This document shows, in pieces, positions 1 through 14,700 of a stretch of 64,000 nt of DNA (positions within the stretch are counted from its first letter, which is position 1; each line of letters opens with the position of its first letter). This stretch comes from Dictyostelium discoideum (lineage: Eukaryota). The translations under genes were made by a program, and so were the position numbers. The stretch is from positions 3,552,001 to 3,616,000 of the forward strand of contig CM000150.2 of the NCBI GenBank assembly GCA_000004695.1. Direction: 5' to 3'. The notes beneath the pieces were generated by a model. The model was given only the letters and a program-made list of their open reading frames with translations, was not told the DNA's origin and searched no databases.

Positions 1-76
1 TAATAGTAATAATAATAATTTAGCATCACCAACATCTCCAATTAAAAAACAACAAAGTAATGAATCACAATCTTCA

Positions 77-134
<58 letters not shown>

Positions 135-367
135 TCAATAATAATAATGATAATAATTTTAATAATAATAATAATAATATTGAATATCATGGAATGTTTT
201 TAGAAGAACTTTTTGAACTATTTAAAAATTGTCTTTCACTACCAATAGAGATTAATTTTGTTATTACTGGTATTTTTTCAAAACTCTGTTATTATCCTTG
301 TCCACTTTTATTCCCAAATTTAATTCATTGTGATAATAATAATATTAATAGCGAAAATAATAATAAC

Positions 368-446
<79 letters not shown>

Positions 447-1055
447 GCAATAATAAAAATAATAAAAATAAAGATCAATTAGATGAAGAAGAGTATGATG
501 AAGATGAAGAGTTATTTGAGGGACTTGACGACAATGATGGTGATGATGATGATAAACTGGAAATAAAAACAAAATTAACTAAAAATGAAAATCAAAACAA
601 CAATGATAAAAATAACACCAATGATACCAATAATAACCATGATAAAAATAATAACAATAGTCAATCTTATTATAACCCTATTTCAATTTATAATGTTTTG
701 TATAATGTAAGTGTAATGAATATTATTATCCAATTGGAAAATCATAAATAACTATTTACTTACTATTATTTTATTTTTTTATTTATTTATTATTTAAAAA
801 AAGTTATCAAAAGAAATTGAAGAAAGATCGAAATCATATCAATTTTTTAATGAAATTTTAGATAAATTAAGAATTTATATGACAGATTCAAATAGAATTG
901 CATCAAATGAAGAGAATCATTTTCCAGATGATCCAGTATTATCATCATTAAAATCTTCTGATATAAATTTCTTTAATGCTGTAATAATACTCGAAGAATT
1001 TTGTAAAGAATTGGCATCAATACTCCAAAGTAGAGTTGTTTTTGAACCAAACTAG
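1..1055 (+). CDS. 3' part of a gene for an Asn-rich hypothetical protein; exons <1..706 and 804..1055
   Basis: Open frame from base 2 continues through the listed 194..751 ORF (poly-N from AAT repeats). GTAAGT donor at 707. AG acceptor at 802-803. Second exon is in frame to TAG at 1053-1055. No recognisable domain. Confidence 0.5.
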
Positions 1056-1191
1056 AGTACCTTAAATAAAAAAAAATAAAAAAAAAAAGAAAAAAAAAAA
1101 AAAAAAAAAGAATTAAAAAGGTTTTATAATCCATTTTTTTTTTGATTTTTTTTTTTAGGTTTAAAAAAATAATAACAAATAATTAACAATA

Positions 1192-1260
<69 letters not shown>

Positions 1261-1342
1261 CAATAAAGTATTAAATAATAACTTTTTTTTCTTTTAATCT
1301 ATTTTTAGAAATTGTATTGTTTTTTTTTTTTTTTTTTAAATT

Positions 1343-2182
1343 TTATTTATTTTTAGATCTTAAATATTTTTTATATTTTCCTGATTGTTTTAATTTTTCC
1401 ATACGTTCAATGGATTTCTTTTTATGATATTCCCAATCTTCTTTAGTATAACCCATTTTTAATCTATATTCCTCTTCTTTCTCTTCGTCAGTTTTTTGAA
1501 TGAATTTAAATTTATTGATGAAAATAAAAGTGTATATCGATTTTAAGATTTTAAATGGAAAGATAAAAAATAGTTGTATAATGAATAAACTGGATATGGT
1601 GGGTTTATCAGCACCTTGAATTACTAATTGAATTTCATCTTCATCACCATCCAATTGTGCTAAACGTTTCTTATATTGATCAGTTTGTTTTGCCCTTTTA
1701 ATCATTGAATGATGTTTATTATATTGATAGACGAATTTACCAATGGTGATCACTATTATTAAGCCCAATAGCACATGACGAAGATCGTGGCTTATACCGG
1801 TATAACGATAGGCATACTTGCCATAATAATTCTCATGCCAAGGGATACCGTTGACTAAAAGCTCGTCATACTCTTTTCTAGTTTCGTCAGTGGTTAATAC
1901 TGAATGTGCTTGATTCAGCAGAATGTATAATGAATGTGACGATTTCTCAACATTTCTATCTGGATGATGTTTTAATGATAATTTTCGAAAACTTTTTTTA
2001 ATTTCTGAATAGGTTGAATCCTTTGTAACATTTAGTATTTTATAATAATCAATTCCTTTTTCATAATCATTAAGTATTGAATAATAAAGTGATGATTTAC
2101 ATTCAACAACTTGATTAATCGTTAAAATAAATAATGTTATTAATATTGAAATAATTTTAATTTTATTTTTAACTTGAATCAT
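1343..2182 (-). CDS. DnaJ (J-domain) membrane protein, DNAJC25-like
   Basis: J-domain with HPD motif (DYYKILNV...LSLKHHPDRN). N-terminal hydrophobic signal/TM, then J domain, then two further hydrophobic segments and a charged tail, which is the DNAJC25 architecture. Probable ATG at 2180-2182 (MIQVKNK); the listed ORF start at 2320 lies in a poly-T/K leader. Confidence 0.75.
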   Translation of the reverse strand: MIQVKNKIKIISILITLFILTINQVVECKSSLYYSILNDYEKGIDYYKILNVTKDSTYSEIKKSFRKLSLKHHPDRNVEKSSHSLYILLNQAHSVLTTDETRKEYDELLVNGIPWHENYYGKYAYRYTGISHDLRHVLLGLIIVITIGKFVYQYNKHHSMIKRAKQTDQYKKRLAQLDGDEDEIQLVIQGADKPTISSLFIIQLFFIFPFKILKSIYTFIFINKFKFIQKTDEEKEEEYRLKMGYTKEDWEYHKKKSIERMEKLKQSGKYKKYLRSKNK

Positions 2183-2407
2183 AATTCTTTGGTTTTTTTT
2201 TTTTTTTTTTTTTTTTATTGGTGTGGTCAAATAAATGCAAAACAAAAAAGAAAAATGAAAAAAAAAAAAATAACAAAACAAAATTGTTTTTTTTTTCATA
2301 TATAAATTGATGCAAAACACTAAATAAAAAATTTTTTAAATAAAAAATCTAGCAAATATTCATTTTAATCTTCAAAGATTCTATCTTTTATTTTTATTTG
2401 TAGTTTT

Positions 2408-2443
<36 letters not shown>

Positions 2444-3036
2444 AATAAAAATTCTATTGAATATCGATGGTATTATTTTGTAATTGTTGAAATGTAATTT
2501 GAATTTGATTTGTATTATCTTTATCCATAAAATTCTTTAATTGTACTCAAGTTAATGAATCACTATAAAAAAATATCTGTACTTCTGATATACTATTTTC
2601 ACCACCATTATTAAATTAAAATGAAATCCTATCTTTCAAGAGTTGATGTTCCTAATGATAATAATCTTTACATCCAAACAAAACTATAAATACTTACCAA
2701 ATCTATAAATTTTTGAAAAGAAAAAAAAAGGAAAAAAAATTATTAAAAATTTATTTTTTTATTTATTCATTTATTTATTTATTCATTTATTCATTCATTC
2801 ATTCATTTATTTATTTATTTATTTATACCATTAGACTATAAAAAAAAAAAATAATAACAGATTATAAATTAAACAAAAAACATGGCCTAATTATTTGTCA
2901 AAATTTTAACAACATTTGACTTTAAAAAAAAAATAGTTAATCCCTTCAAATAAAAAAATAATAATAATAAGCACTATGTGACAATTAAAAAAAAATAAAA
3001 ATAGAAAATAATAAAAATTAATAATCGCAATGAGAC

Positions 3037-3078
<42 letters not shown>

Positions 3079-3281
3079 TTTTTAAAAAATTTAAATTGCA
3101 ATTAACAAAAAAAAAAAAAAAAAAAAAATATTCAAATATTACTTTTTTTTTTTTTTCAATAAAACATAAACAATAATAAAAAGGTAACAATTAAAATTGT
3201 AAATAAGGCAACCCTTTTTAAACAAAAAAAAAAAATAAAAAAATAAAAAAAAATAAAAAAATAAAAAAAAAATAAAAAATC

Positions 3282-4079
<798 letters not shown>

Positions 4080-4447
4080 TAACTAATTAAAATAACCATT
4101 GGTAATAATTTTTTTTTTTTTTTTTTTTTTTTTTTATTTGGGGCGCTTTAATGTTTTGCTAACCAATTATTTCCTAAAAAAAATTGTTAAGAAAAATAAA
4201 AGAATTGTTTAAAAAAAACAAGAAACAAAAAATAATTATTCTTTTATATTTTTAGATTGAAATTAAAAACATACCAAAAGCAAGTGATTATCAAGAAATT
4301 AAATTCTCATTGTATTTATATATTGAAAAAGATCAGTAGAAAAAAAAAAAAGGTGGAAATTTATAATTATTAAATAAATCTCAAATTATTTTTTTTTTTT
4401 ATTTTTTGAAATTTTGTTTTTTTAAAATTTTTTTTTTTGAAATTTTT

Positions 4448-4493
<46 letters not shown>

Positions 4494-4677
4494 TACAACT
4501 AAACTATTAATAAAGCTTTTTTTTTTTTTTTCAAAACAAACTCTTTTTATGTGTTTTGTTTTATTTATTAATAAATAATAAAACTAATCTATAAATATTT
4601 TTCAAAACCACCCTAATTTGTGAAAACACAAAAATAAAAAAAAGTTAAAAAAACAAAAAAACAAAACAAAAGCAAAA

Positions 4678-5288
4678 ATGGTATTATATTTTAAGCTCAT
4701 TGGTATGTTTATTTTATTTCTTTGTATGGGAATAAATTAAAAATTATATAATACTAATATTAAATGATAAATAAATAAATAAATAAATAGATCCAGAATA
4801 TATTTGTTATATGGGTATTGATAAATTTGAGAATGAAGATTTAATTAAATATGGATGGCCAGAGGATGTTTGGTTTCATGTTAATGATTTATCATCAGCT
4901 CATGTTTATTTAAGATTAAGAAAGGGAGAAACATGGAATGATATTCCAGCAAATATTTTAGAAGAATGTTGTCAATTAGTTAAACAAAACTCTATTCAAG
5001 GTTGTAAAGAAGCATCAGTTGATATCGTCTATACACCATGGGCAAACTTAAAGAAAACAGCTGGTATGGAAGCTGGTCAAGTTTTATATCACAATGAAAG
5101 AGAGGTAAAATATGTTAGAAATGTTAGAAAAGACTCTAAAATTATCAATCGTATTGAAAAAACTAGAGAAAAGAGAGAAGTTGATTTAATGCATGAAAGA
5201 GATTCAAGAGATAAATCTGAAAGACATGAAAAAAGAAAAGAACAAGAAGAAAAGGTAAATTTATTTTATATATATAAATTATATATAT

Positions 5289-5331
<43 letters not shown>

Positions 5332-5509
5332 CTCTCAATTAACACTTTAACATTCTAATTTATTAAATTAATTTTAGAGAAGAGCAGAAAAGAAAGCATA
5401 TGAAGAAAAACAAAAAATGGAGGATATTAAAAAATATACATCAATTATGAAAACTGATAACATGAAATTTAATAAATACAATCCAACTGATGAAGATGAT
5501 TTTATGTAA
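4678..5509 (+). CDS. CCDC25 homolog (NFACT-R/DUF814 family); exons 4678..4702, 4791..5254, 5378..5509
   Basis: Exon 1 MVLYFKLI- followed by [43 protein letters not shown]...[11 protein letters not shown] matches the human CCDC25 N-terminus MVFYF...[25 protein letters not shown]. Introns have GTATGT and GTAAAT donors and AG acceptors. The C-terminus ...NPTDEDDFM* parallels human ...NDSDEFM*. Confidence 0.8.
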
Positions 5510-5554
5510 TCAAATTCATTTTAAAATTTTCTTAAATTTTCTAATTAATTTTAC

Positions 5555-5591
<37 letters not shown>

Positions 5592-6145
5592 AAAATAAAT
5601 TTTTTTTTTTTTTTTTTTTTTCAAATCGCTCATGTTTCATTTTATTTGGAATGGGAAATCCTTGGGAGGAAAAAAAAAAAAAAAAAAAATGAAAAAATAG
5701 GCGAAAAAAAAAAAAATAAAAAAAAAATAAAATAAAAAACAAACCCAATCACGAATGATTGGTGGAATTTCTTATAAAAAAGAGTCAGTTCATTTTTTTT
5801 TTTTTCTTTTTTTTTTTAAAAAAAAAAAAATAAAAAATAAAAATAAAAATAAAAAAAAAAAACATACTAAGATTTTTTTTTTCTAAAAAAAAATTTTTTT
5901 TTTTTTTTTTTTTTTTTTTAATCAGTTCCCGCTCTCGCACATAAAAAAAAAAAAAATACGTATTGATCGCGTAGTTTAGTATTTATTTATATCATTTGTA
6001 TATATTAGTATTATATTTAAATTAAATAATTTTCGAGATAAGAACCCTTATTTTCATATATTATTATTTATAAAAATAAATTAGTTTGTGGAAATCAAAA
6101 AAAAAAAAAAAAAAACAAAAAAAAAAACAAAAATAAAATAAAATA

Positions 6146-6395
6146 ATGGAATCACTTTCATTAAAATTTATTGAACCATATTGGTTCAAATTTGTAGATT
6201 ATTATGGTGAAGACTTTCTTATTACCTATGGTACATTCATTGCCCACGAAGTCTTTTACTTTGGTTCATTCATTCCATTCTTTTTATGTGATTTTATGCC
6301 ATTCCTTCAAAAATATAAAATCCAACCAGTAAGTTTTTTTTTTTAAAAAAAAAATTATATATATATATATAAATAATAATATTTCTAAAACTAAT

Positions 6396-6431
<36 letters not shown>

Positions 6432-7074
6432 TATTATTTTATAGACAAAAAAAAATGAATGGAAAACTCAATTTAATTGTATTTTCAAAGTTTTAATGAC
6501 ACATATTTTTGTTCAATTACCAATGATGTATATCTTTGATCCAGCAATTAAAGCAATTGGTTTATCAGCAAGAGCACCATTACCATCAATTCCTTATTTA
6601 ATTTTCACAATCGCATGTTGTTTCCTTATTGAAGATTTCTATTTCTATTGGGTACATAGAGCATTACATCACGGATTTTGGTATAAACATATTCATAAGG
6701 TACATCATGATCATGCTGCACCATTTGGTATGACTGCTGAATACGCTCATCCATTAGAAACCGTTATTTTAGGTGTTGGTACAGTCATTGGTCCATTCCT
6801 TTTCTCACGTGATCTTTTCACTCTTTGGGTTTGGTTAGGTACTCGTCTCTTCCAAACTGTTGAATGTCATTCAGGTTATGATTTCCCATGGAATCCAACA
6901 AAATTAATTCCATTTTGGGGTGGTTCTCATTTCCATGATTTCCATCATGAAACTTTTGTTGGTAATTACTCTTCAACCTTTACTTATTTAGATAAAATTT
7001 TTGGTACATCTGATAAATATTATTCAAGAAAACAAATTAGAGATTCTAAACTTGCTGCTGGTAAATCTGAATAA
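6146..7074 (+). CDS. Methylsterol monooxygenase (ERG25/SC4MOL-type fatty acid hydroxylase superfamily), paralog A; exons 6146..6328, 6445..7074
   Basis: Three histidine boxes HRALHH, HKVHHDH, FHDFHH. KYKIQP / TKKNEWKTQFNCIFKVL junction as in ERG25. GTAAGT donor at 6329. AG acceptor at 6443-6444. Confidence 0.85.
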
Positions 7075-7642
7075 AAAAATAAAAAAAATAATAAAATAAA
7101 ATAATAAAAAAATAAAAAAAAATAAAAAAATAAAAAAAATTAAAAAAACAATTGCACACACTAAAAAAAAAAAATTTTAAAATTTAAGATTTGATCAGAA
7201 ATTGATTTTTTGGAACATGCAACGTGTTCTATTTACAAAACGAAATATTATCAAAATAAATATAAAATAAAAAATAAAAAAAAAAAAAATGAAAAACAAA
7301 AAACAAAAATAAAAACCAAAACAGATGGAGGTGACACATTTATTAGCCGTCAACCTTAGAATTTTATTTTTTTTATTTTTTTTTTTTTTATTTTTTTTAT
7401 ACCATTTTTTTTTATTTTTTTTATACCATTTTTTTTTATTTTTTTTAATTTTTTTTTTTTTTTTTTTTTTTTTCTTTTTTGGAATCAATAATAATAAAAA
7501 TAATATTTATTTATATATTTAAAAACTATATATTAGTATTATTTAAAAAATAATTATCGAGATAAGATCATCTTATTTTCATTTATTATTTTATTTATTA
7601 ATTATTTATTTTTTTTGAAAAAAAAAAAAAAAAAAAAAAAAA

Positions 7643-7833
7643 ATGGAATCACTTTCATTAAAATTTATTGAACCATATTGGTTTAAATTTGTAGATTATT
7701 ATGGTGAAGAATTTTTACTCACCTATGGTACTTTTATTGCTCATCAAGTTTTTTATTTTGGATGTTTCATTCCATTCTTAATAGCCGATTTTATTCCTTT
7801 CTTTAGAAAATATAAAATTCAACAAGTAAAGTA

Positions 7834-7879
<46 letters not shown>

Positions 7880-8529
7880 TAATAATGATTAAAAATAAAA
7901 AAAAAAAGACTAAAGAGAATGATTGGAAATCTCAAACATATTGTGCAATTAAAGTTATATTGACACAAGTACTTATTCAATTACCAATGATGTATATATT
8001 TGATCCAGCAATTAAAGCAATTGGTTTATCAGCAAGAGCACCATTACCATCAATTCCTTATTTACTATTGACACTTGTATCAAGTTTTATTATTGAAGAT
8101 TTTTATTTCTATTGGGCACATAGAGCATTACATCATGGTATTTGGTATAAATATATTCATAAGGTACATCACGATTATGCATCACCATTTGGTATTACAG
8201 CTGAATACGCTCACCCATTGGAAACCATTATTTTGGGTGTTGGCACTGTTATTGGTCCATTCCTTTTCTCACGTGATCTTTTCACTCTTTGGGTTTGGTT
8301 AGGTGTTAGATTATATCAAACTGTTGAATGTCATTCAGGTTATGATTTCCCATGGAGTTTTACAAATTTAATTCCATTTTGGGGTGGTGCTCCTTTCCAT
8401 GATTATCATCATGAAGTATTTATTGGAAATTATGCTTCAACTTTTACTTATTTAGATAAAATTTTTGGAACTTCTGGAAAATCTTATTACTCTAGAATTG
8501 AAAAAAAATCAATTAATAAATCTGAATAA
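7643..8529 (+). CDS. Methylsterol monooxygenase (ERG25/SC4MOL-type), paralog B (tandem duplicate); exons 7643..7825, 7909..8529
   Basis: Same histidine boxes (HRALHH, HKVHHDY, FHDYHH). About 80% aa identity to paralog A. Intron position conserved, with GTAAAG donor at 7826 and AG acceptor at 7907-7908. Confidence 0.85.
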
Positions 8530-9058
8530 TTTAATATGATTTATTATTTTAAATTATTTCATTTTATTTATTTAATATTAAATTAAATAGATCACTTTAT
8601 AAATTTATTAAAAAAAACTTATCCTTTTTTTTTTATTTTTTTTTTATTTATCCACCCATCCTTATTTTTTTACAAATTTCCGAACTTATATTATATTTGG
8701 TTGTGAATATTTTAAACATAAATTATAATTTGTTTTATTTTTTTTATGTTTAAAATATTTTGTTTTTTTTTTTTTTAAGATTTATGATTTTTTTTGATCA
8801 TGATTTTTTTTTTTTTTTTTTTTGTCTTCTGCTATCCATTTTTTTTTTTTTTTTTTTTTTTTCATAAAATATCAAATAATTTTTTTTCTTAATGAGGTAA
8901 AAAACACTACAAATTACCTTTTTTTTTATTTATTTTTTTTTTTTCACTTTTTTTTAATTTTTTGTTTTTGCATTTTTTTTAATTTTTTTTATTTATTTTT
9001 TATTTTTTTTTTTTTTTCTTTACTTAATTTAAAATCAAAAAATTAAATTTCAACACAA

Positions 9059-9960
9059 ATGAGCTCAATAGAAGAGATTGACACTGATGAAACATTCACA
9101 TCAGATTATGTGAGTGCTAGAAAAGATGAAGTTGATGATATTATAACAGCAACTACAATTGCACAAAAAAAAATGGAGAATTCAATTTTGGAAAAATTAA
9201 ATTCAACTGAAAATGGGTATGTATATTATAATATAATAATAATTATTAAATATTAAATATTAATAGATTTAATTTTTTTTTTTTTTAAAAAAAAAAGTAA
9301 TATAATTGAAAAAAAAAAGATATTAAATTTTTTAATGAATGGTATTGAAAAAATACCAATGTCACATCAAGGTTTAGATTCAAGTAAAGTTTGGATATCA
9401 TTTTGGATATTGAATGGTATGGATATGTTGGATAGTTTAGATAGTTATCCAAATATATCAAGTAGGGCAAGTAAATATTTATCAATATTACAAAATGATG
9501 ATAATAATGGTAATAATAATAATAGGGAGAATAATCAAAATGGTGGTGGATTTGGTGGTGGTAATTCACATACAAGTCATGTGGTCAGTACATTTGCAGC
9601 GGTTTCAGCACTTTATGTAATTGGTACAGAGGAATCTTATAAAACTATTGACCGTGAAGCAATGTATAAATTTTTAATGAGGATGAAAACAAAAGAGGGT
9701 GCATTCACAAGTGAGGATGGTGGTGAGTATGATTCTAGAACAACCTACTGTGCAATTGCAGTTGCCTCAATGTTAAATATTTTAACAGCAGAGCTTGAAA
9801 GAGGTGTTGTCGATTTCTTATTATCTTGTCAAACTTATGAGGGTGGTTTTGGTGCTTATCCATTCAACGAAGCTCATGGCGGTTATACATTTTGTTCAGT
9901 TGCTGCATTATCAATTTTAAATAGTTTACATAAAATCGATATGAATTCTTTACATGTAAG

Positions 9961-10019
<59 letters not shown>

Positions 10020-10716
10020 TTAATATTAAATATAAATATATATATATTAATTATTTTATTATATTTTATAGAGATGGATTACATATAGACAATCAAATGA
10101 TGGTGGATTTGAGGGTAGAACTAATAAATTAGTTGATACTTGTTATTCATATTGGCAAGGTGCTGTTTATATTATAATTCAATCTTATTTTAATTATTAT
10201 AAAAAACAACAACAAGATGATGGTGATGGTAAGGAAGGTGATCAACAAGAAGAGGGTTTATTATTTAATCAAGCTAAATTACAAGAATATGTAATTAGAT
10301 TTTGCCAACAAAGTGATAAGAAGTATAGTGGTTTTTCTGATCACCCTCATAGAGGCAAAGATTATTATCATACTTGTTATGGTTTATCAGGTATCTCTTT
10401 ATCACAATATAATGAAATTGGAAAAGCTATTCAATCACTTAATACCTTTACAAATACTTTTGAACAGCCATCACCACCAATAAATAAAAAATCTACAAAT
10501 GTTTTTACAATTTCAAATAATAATAATAATAATAATAATAAAAATAATAATAGTGATGATAATAATAATAATAGTAATAATAATAATAATAATAGTGAGA
10601 ATCAATTAGTTGAACCAGTTCACCCGATTTATAATATTAAATTATCAAAATGTGAAAAAGGGTTAAAATATTTTTATTCATTAAATTCTATAAATAGCAA
10701 TAATGGAACTAAATAA
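9059..10716 (+). CDS. fntB: Protein farnesyltransferase beta subunit; exons 9059..9216, 9298..9955, 10072..10716
   Basis: Prenyltransferase alpha-alpha toroid repeats: GGFGGG, EGAF...GGEYDSRTTYCAIAVASML, EGGFGAYPFNEAHGGYTFCSVAALSIL, DGGFEGRTNKLVDTCYSYWQG, DHPHRGKDYYHTCYGLSGISLSQY (Zn ligands D/C/H). Introns are GTATGT...AG (81 bp) and GTAAGT-(AT)n-...TATAG. The gene symbol is my recollection of the Dictyostelium name. Confidence 0.85.
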
Positions 10717-11351
10717 AAAAAAAAAAGCTTGTGTTAAATATTTTTTTTTTTTTTTAAGTTTTGAAATAGATTTATTCCTTTTCCAAAAGGAATTTAAAGA
10801 TGCTTCTGTATCTTTGGGTACTTTATTTTTTTATGCTAAATTCATATTAAAATAAAAAAATAAAATAATTGATTGCTAAAAAAAAAAAAAAAAAAAAATA
10901 AAATAATTTTGAGATTTTTTTTTTTTTTTTTGTTTATATAAATTAAATTATTATTATATTTTTTTTTTTTTTATTTTTTTGTTAATATAAATTAAATTTT
11001 ATAAATTTAGGTTAAAATGAAAAAGAAAAAAACTAATTTTAAAAGAAACCATTAATTTCGGAATTGAATGAATTATTGTAAAATTTATTTAGTTTTCCGA
11101 TGTGATGGGATTGTCATTTTAATTATTTTTTTTTTTTTCATAATTTTTTTTTTTTTGGGTTTAAAAAAAAAAAGGCCAGGTTCGGGGAAAATTTTTATTT
11201 AAATTTAAAATTTTTTTTTATTTTTTTATTGGTATCTTTACCCTGGGAACTTATTTTAGTGACGGGAAAGTTTGGTTTCCACAAACGATTTTTTTAAAAA
11301 TTTTTTTACTGCAGATATTTTTTCATTTTTTTTTTTGTAGTTTTTATTCAT

Positions 11352-11401
<50 letters not shown>

Positions 11402-11595
11402 GAAAAATTAAAAAAATTAATCATTTTAAAATTTAATCACACACAAAAAAGAAAAATAAATAAAAAAAAAAAAGTAATATCAAAAACTTATTTTGTTTGG
11501 ATAAAATTTTTTTTTATTTTTTTTTTATTTTTTTATTTTTTTTTTTTTTTTTATTTGGTAGTGTGTTAAAAATATAAACTAAAACTAAAAAAAAA

Positions 11596-12188
11596 ATGAA
11601 ACTTTTGTCTTCATTAATTATTTTTTTTGTTATTGTATTATTTTGTGTTGTTGGATCATTATCAGCATCATTATGTAAATATCCAGGTTATTCAACTCAA
11701 GGTGTTACAAAAACAAATAATGGTTATGAGGCAACACTTAACCTTATTTCAGCAGGTCCATATGGTAACGATATAGAACAATTAAATTTTCAATTAACTT
11801 TTGAAACTAGTCAAATTTTTAGAGTTAGAATTACTGACCCAAATAATCAAAGATGGGAAGGTAAGATTTTAAATTTAAATTAAAATAATAATATATTAAT
11901 GAATAATTATTTTTAAATAATAAATAATAAATAATAAATAATAAATAATAAATAATAAATAATAATTTTTTTTTTTTTAATAGTCCCACCAACTGTTAAT
12001 CAATTAGTTGGAGAAAATCCAGATTCAACTGATTATATAATTGAATTTACAAATAATCCATTTGGTTTTGCAGCAACTCGTATTTCAACTGGTGAAGTTT
12101 TATTTAATACAACTCAACCAAGTGATTGTTCATTTAATGGTTTAATTGTTTGTTATTATTTATTTATTTATTAATATTAAAAATTTTA

Positions 12189-12223
<35 letters not shown>

Positions 12224-14431
12224 CTTCTTTTATTAATCTTTTTTTTTTTTTATTAGTATTCAAATTATTATTTAGAATTAAGTACATCATTCACAGAGAG
12301 TAATCCAAATATTTATGGTTTAGGAGAACGTACAAGTCAATTAAGATTATTTAATAATTTTACATATACTTTATTTGCAAAAGATCAAGGTACAGCAAGT
12401 ATACCAAATATTAATTTATATGGTTCACATCCATTTTATTTACAACTTTCATCAAGTTCAGGTAATGCAAATGGTGTATTTCTATTGAACTCCAATGCAA
12501 TGGATGTTCAATTACAACCAAATTCATTAACATATAAAGTTGTTGGTGGTATTTTCGATTTATTCTTTTTCACAGGACCAACACCATTATCAGTGATTCA
12601 ACAATATTCCCAAGTCATTGGTACAACTCATATGCCATCCTATTGGTCACTCGGATATCATAATTGTAGATGGGGTTATCATTCAATTGCAGAGACTGCT
12701 CAAGTGGTTGCAAACTATTCAAAATATAATATTCCATTAGAGACCATGTGGAATGATATCGATTATATGGATAGCTTTAGAGATTTCACAACTGATCCAG
12801 TTAATTTCGCCGCTTCAGATTATAAGACATTCATCGATGGTCTTCATGCAAATAATCAACATTATATTATGATTGTTGATCCTGGTATTTCAAATATTGA
12901 ACCAATCTATCAAAGTCACATTGATTTAATGGAATCTGGTGCCTACATTAAAGCTGGTGGTACAGATGGTGAACCATTGGTTGGTTCAGTTTGGCCAGGT
13001 TATGTTAATTTCCCAGATTTCCTTCATCCAAATGGTACCGAATTTTGGACTCAACAATTTCAACGTTTCTATGAAACCGTTCAATTCGATGGTGTTTGGA
13101 TCGATATGAATGAGATTTCAAACTTTTGTGATGGTAATTGTTTCAACAATACTGATACTCCAATGCCACCACCACAATTTGATCCAAACTATCCACCATA
13201 CATTCCAGGTGGTGTACCATTATATTCAAAAACCATCAATATGACCTCTCTTCAATATAATAATACCTTGGTTTATAATTCACACAGTCTCTATGGTTAC
13301 ACTGAAGGTTTAGCAACTCAATTAGCAGTTCAATCCATTTTAGGTACCCGTTCAACCATTATTTCAAGAAGTACTTTCCCAGGTACTGGTGCTCATTTTG
13401 CCCATTGGTTAGGTGATAATAAAAGTACTTTTACCGATATGTATTACTCGATTCCAGGTATGTTAGCAATGAATATGTTTGGTATTCCAATGGTTGGTGC
13501 TGATATTTGTGGTTTCAATGGTGATTCAAATGCTGAACTCTGTGGTAGATGGCTTCAATTGGGTTGTTTCTATCCATTCACTCGTAATCATAATACATTT
13601 TTAGGTGCACCACAAGAGCCTTGGGTATTTGGTCAAGAGGTTGTCGATATTTCAATCAAAGCAATCAATGGTAAATTAACTTTGTTACCATTCTATTACA
13701 CATTGTTCCATATTTCTCATGTTTCTGGTGATCCAGTTGTTAGACCATTATTCTTTGAATATCCATCAGATCCAAATACTTTTGCAATTGATCAACAATT
13801 TTTAGTTGGTACAGGTTTAATGGTATCACCAGTTCTCACTCAAGGTGCTACCACAGTGAATGCTTACTTCCCAAATGATATCTGGTATGAATATGGTAAT
13901 GGTTCATTGGTTCAATCAGTTGGTACCCATCAAACTTTAAATGCTCCATTCGATGTAATCAACGTTCATATGCGTGGTGGTAATATCATTCCAACTCAAC
14001 CAACCTCCTCATATGTTACACCAGTTGATGGTATTCCAATTACCACTAAAATCTCTAGAACTTTACCATTTGAATTGATTATTGCCTTGGATTCTTCATT
14101 ACAAGCAACTGGTCAATTATTCTTGGATGATGGTGAATCAATTCAAACCTATGTTGATAATAAATACTCTTTCATTCAATTCGATGTTGTCTCCTCACCA
14201 TCTTCATCTGCCTACAAATTACAATCAACCATTCTCAATAACAATTATAATGGTACCGCTTCTTTAATCATTAATTCTATCCAAATCTACGGTTCGCCAT
14301 CAGTTCAACAAGTCATTGTTAATGGTAGCCCAATCAATTCATTTAATGCTGTTTCTGATTCAACTCTCTCTGTTTCAAATTTACAACTTGCTTTAGATGA
14401 ATCCTTTGAAGTTGATTTTGTATTATATTAA
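11596..14431 (+). CDS. GH31 alpha-glucosidase with signal peptide (lysosomal acid alpha-glucosidase-like); exons 11596..11860, 11984..12147, 12257..14431
   Basis: GH31 signatures WIDMNE(ISNF) (nucleophile region) and GADICGF. N-terminal hydrophobic signal peptide. Introns are GTAAGA...TAG and GTTTGT...TTAG, with reading frame restored across each. Confidence 0.9.
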
Positions 14432-14589
14432 AAATTATCAACAAATAAAATTAAAATTAGTTATATTTTTTTTAAATTAAAAAAAAAAAAAATAAAAAAA
14501 ATAAATTATTTATTAAATTTTTAATTATATTAAATAATATTGGATTATTTTCATTTAATAATCGATTTACTACTTGTTTTACTTTTATT

Positions 14590-14601
14590 ATTGTTATTAT
14601 A

Positions 14602-14655
<54 letters not shown>

Positions 14656-14700
14656 GCTATTGTTATTATTATTATAATCATTATTATAATCATTATTAGA
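14590..14700. repeat. (ATT/TAA)n microsatellite
   Basis: About 110 bp of perfect and imperfect ATT repeats. The overlapping poly-Ile ORF 14472..14711(-) is an artefact. Confidence 0.9.

Noticed and set aside
2906-3190. 94 aa ORF (-) rich in F/K
   Set aside because: Consists of translated poly-T/poly-A runs in intergenic DNA. No codon structure.
5163-5735. ORFs 5163..5345(-), 5490..5735(+)
   Set aside because: Cover the CCDC25 intron 2 poly-T run and the 3' UTR poly-T. Homopolymer translations.
7195-7522. ORFs 7195..7488(-), 7325..7522(+)
   Set aside because: Poly-K/poly-F from the A/T-run intergenic spacer between the SC4MOL paralogs.
8822-9046. Poly-F ORF upstream of fntB
   Set aside because: Homopolymer-derived. 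Lies in the promoter region.
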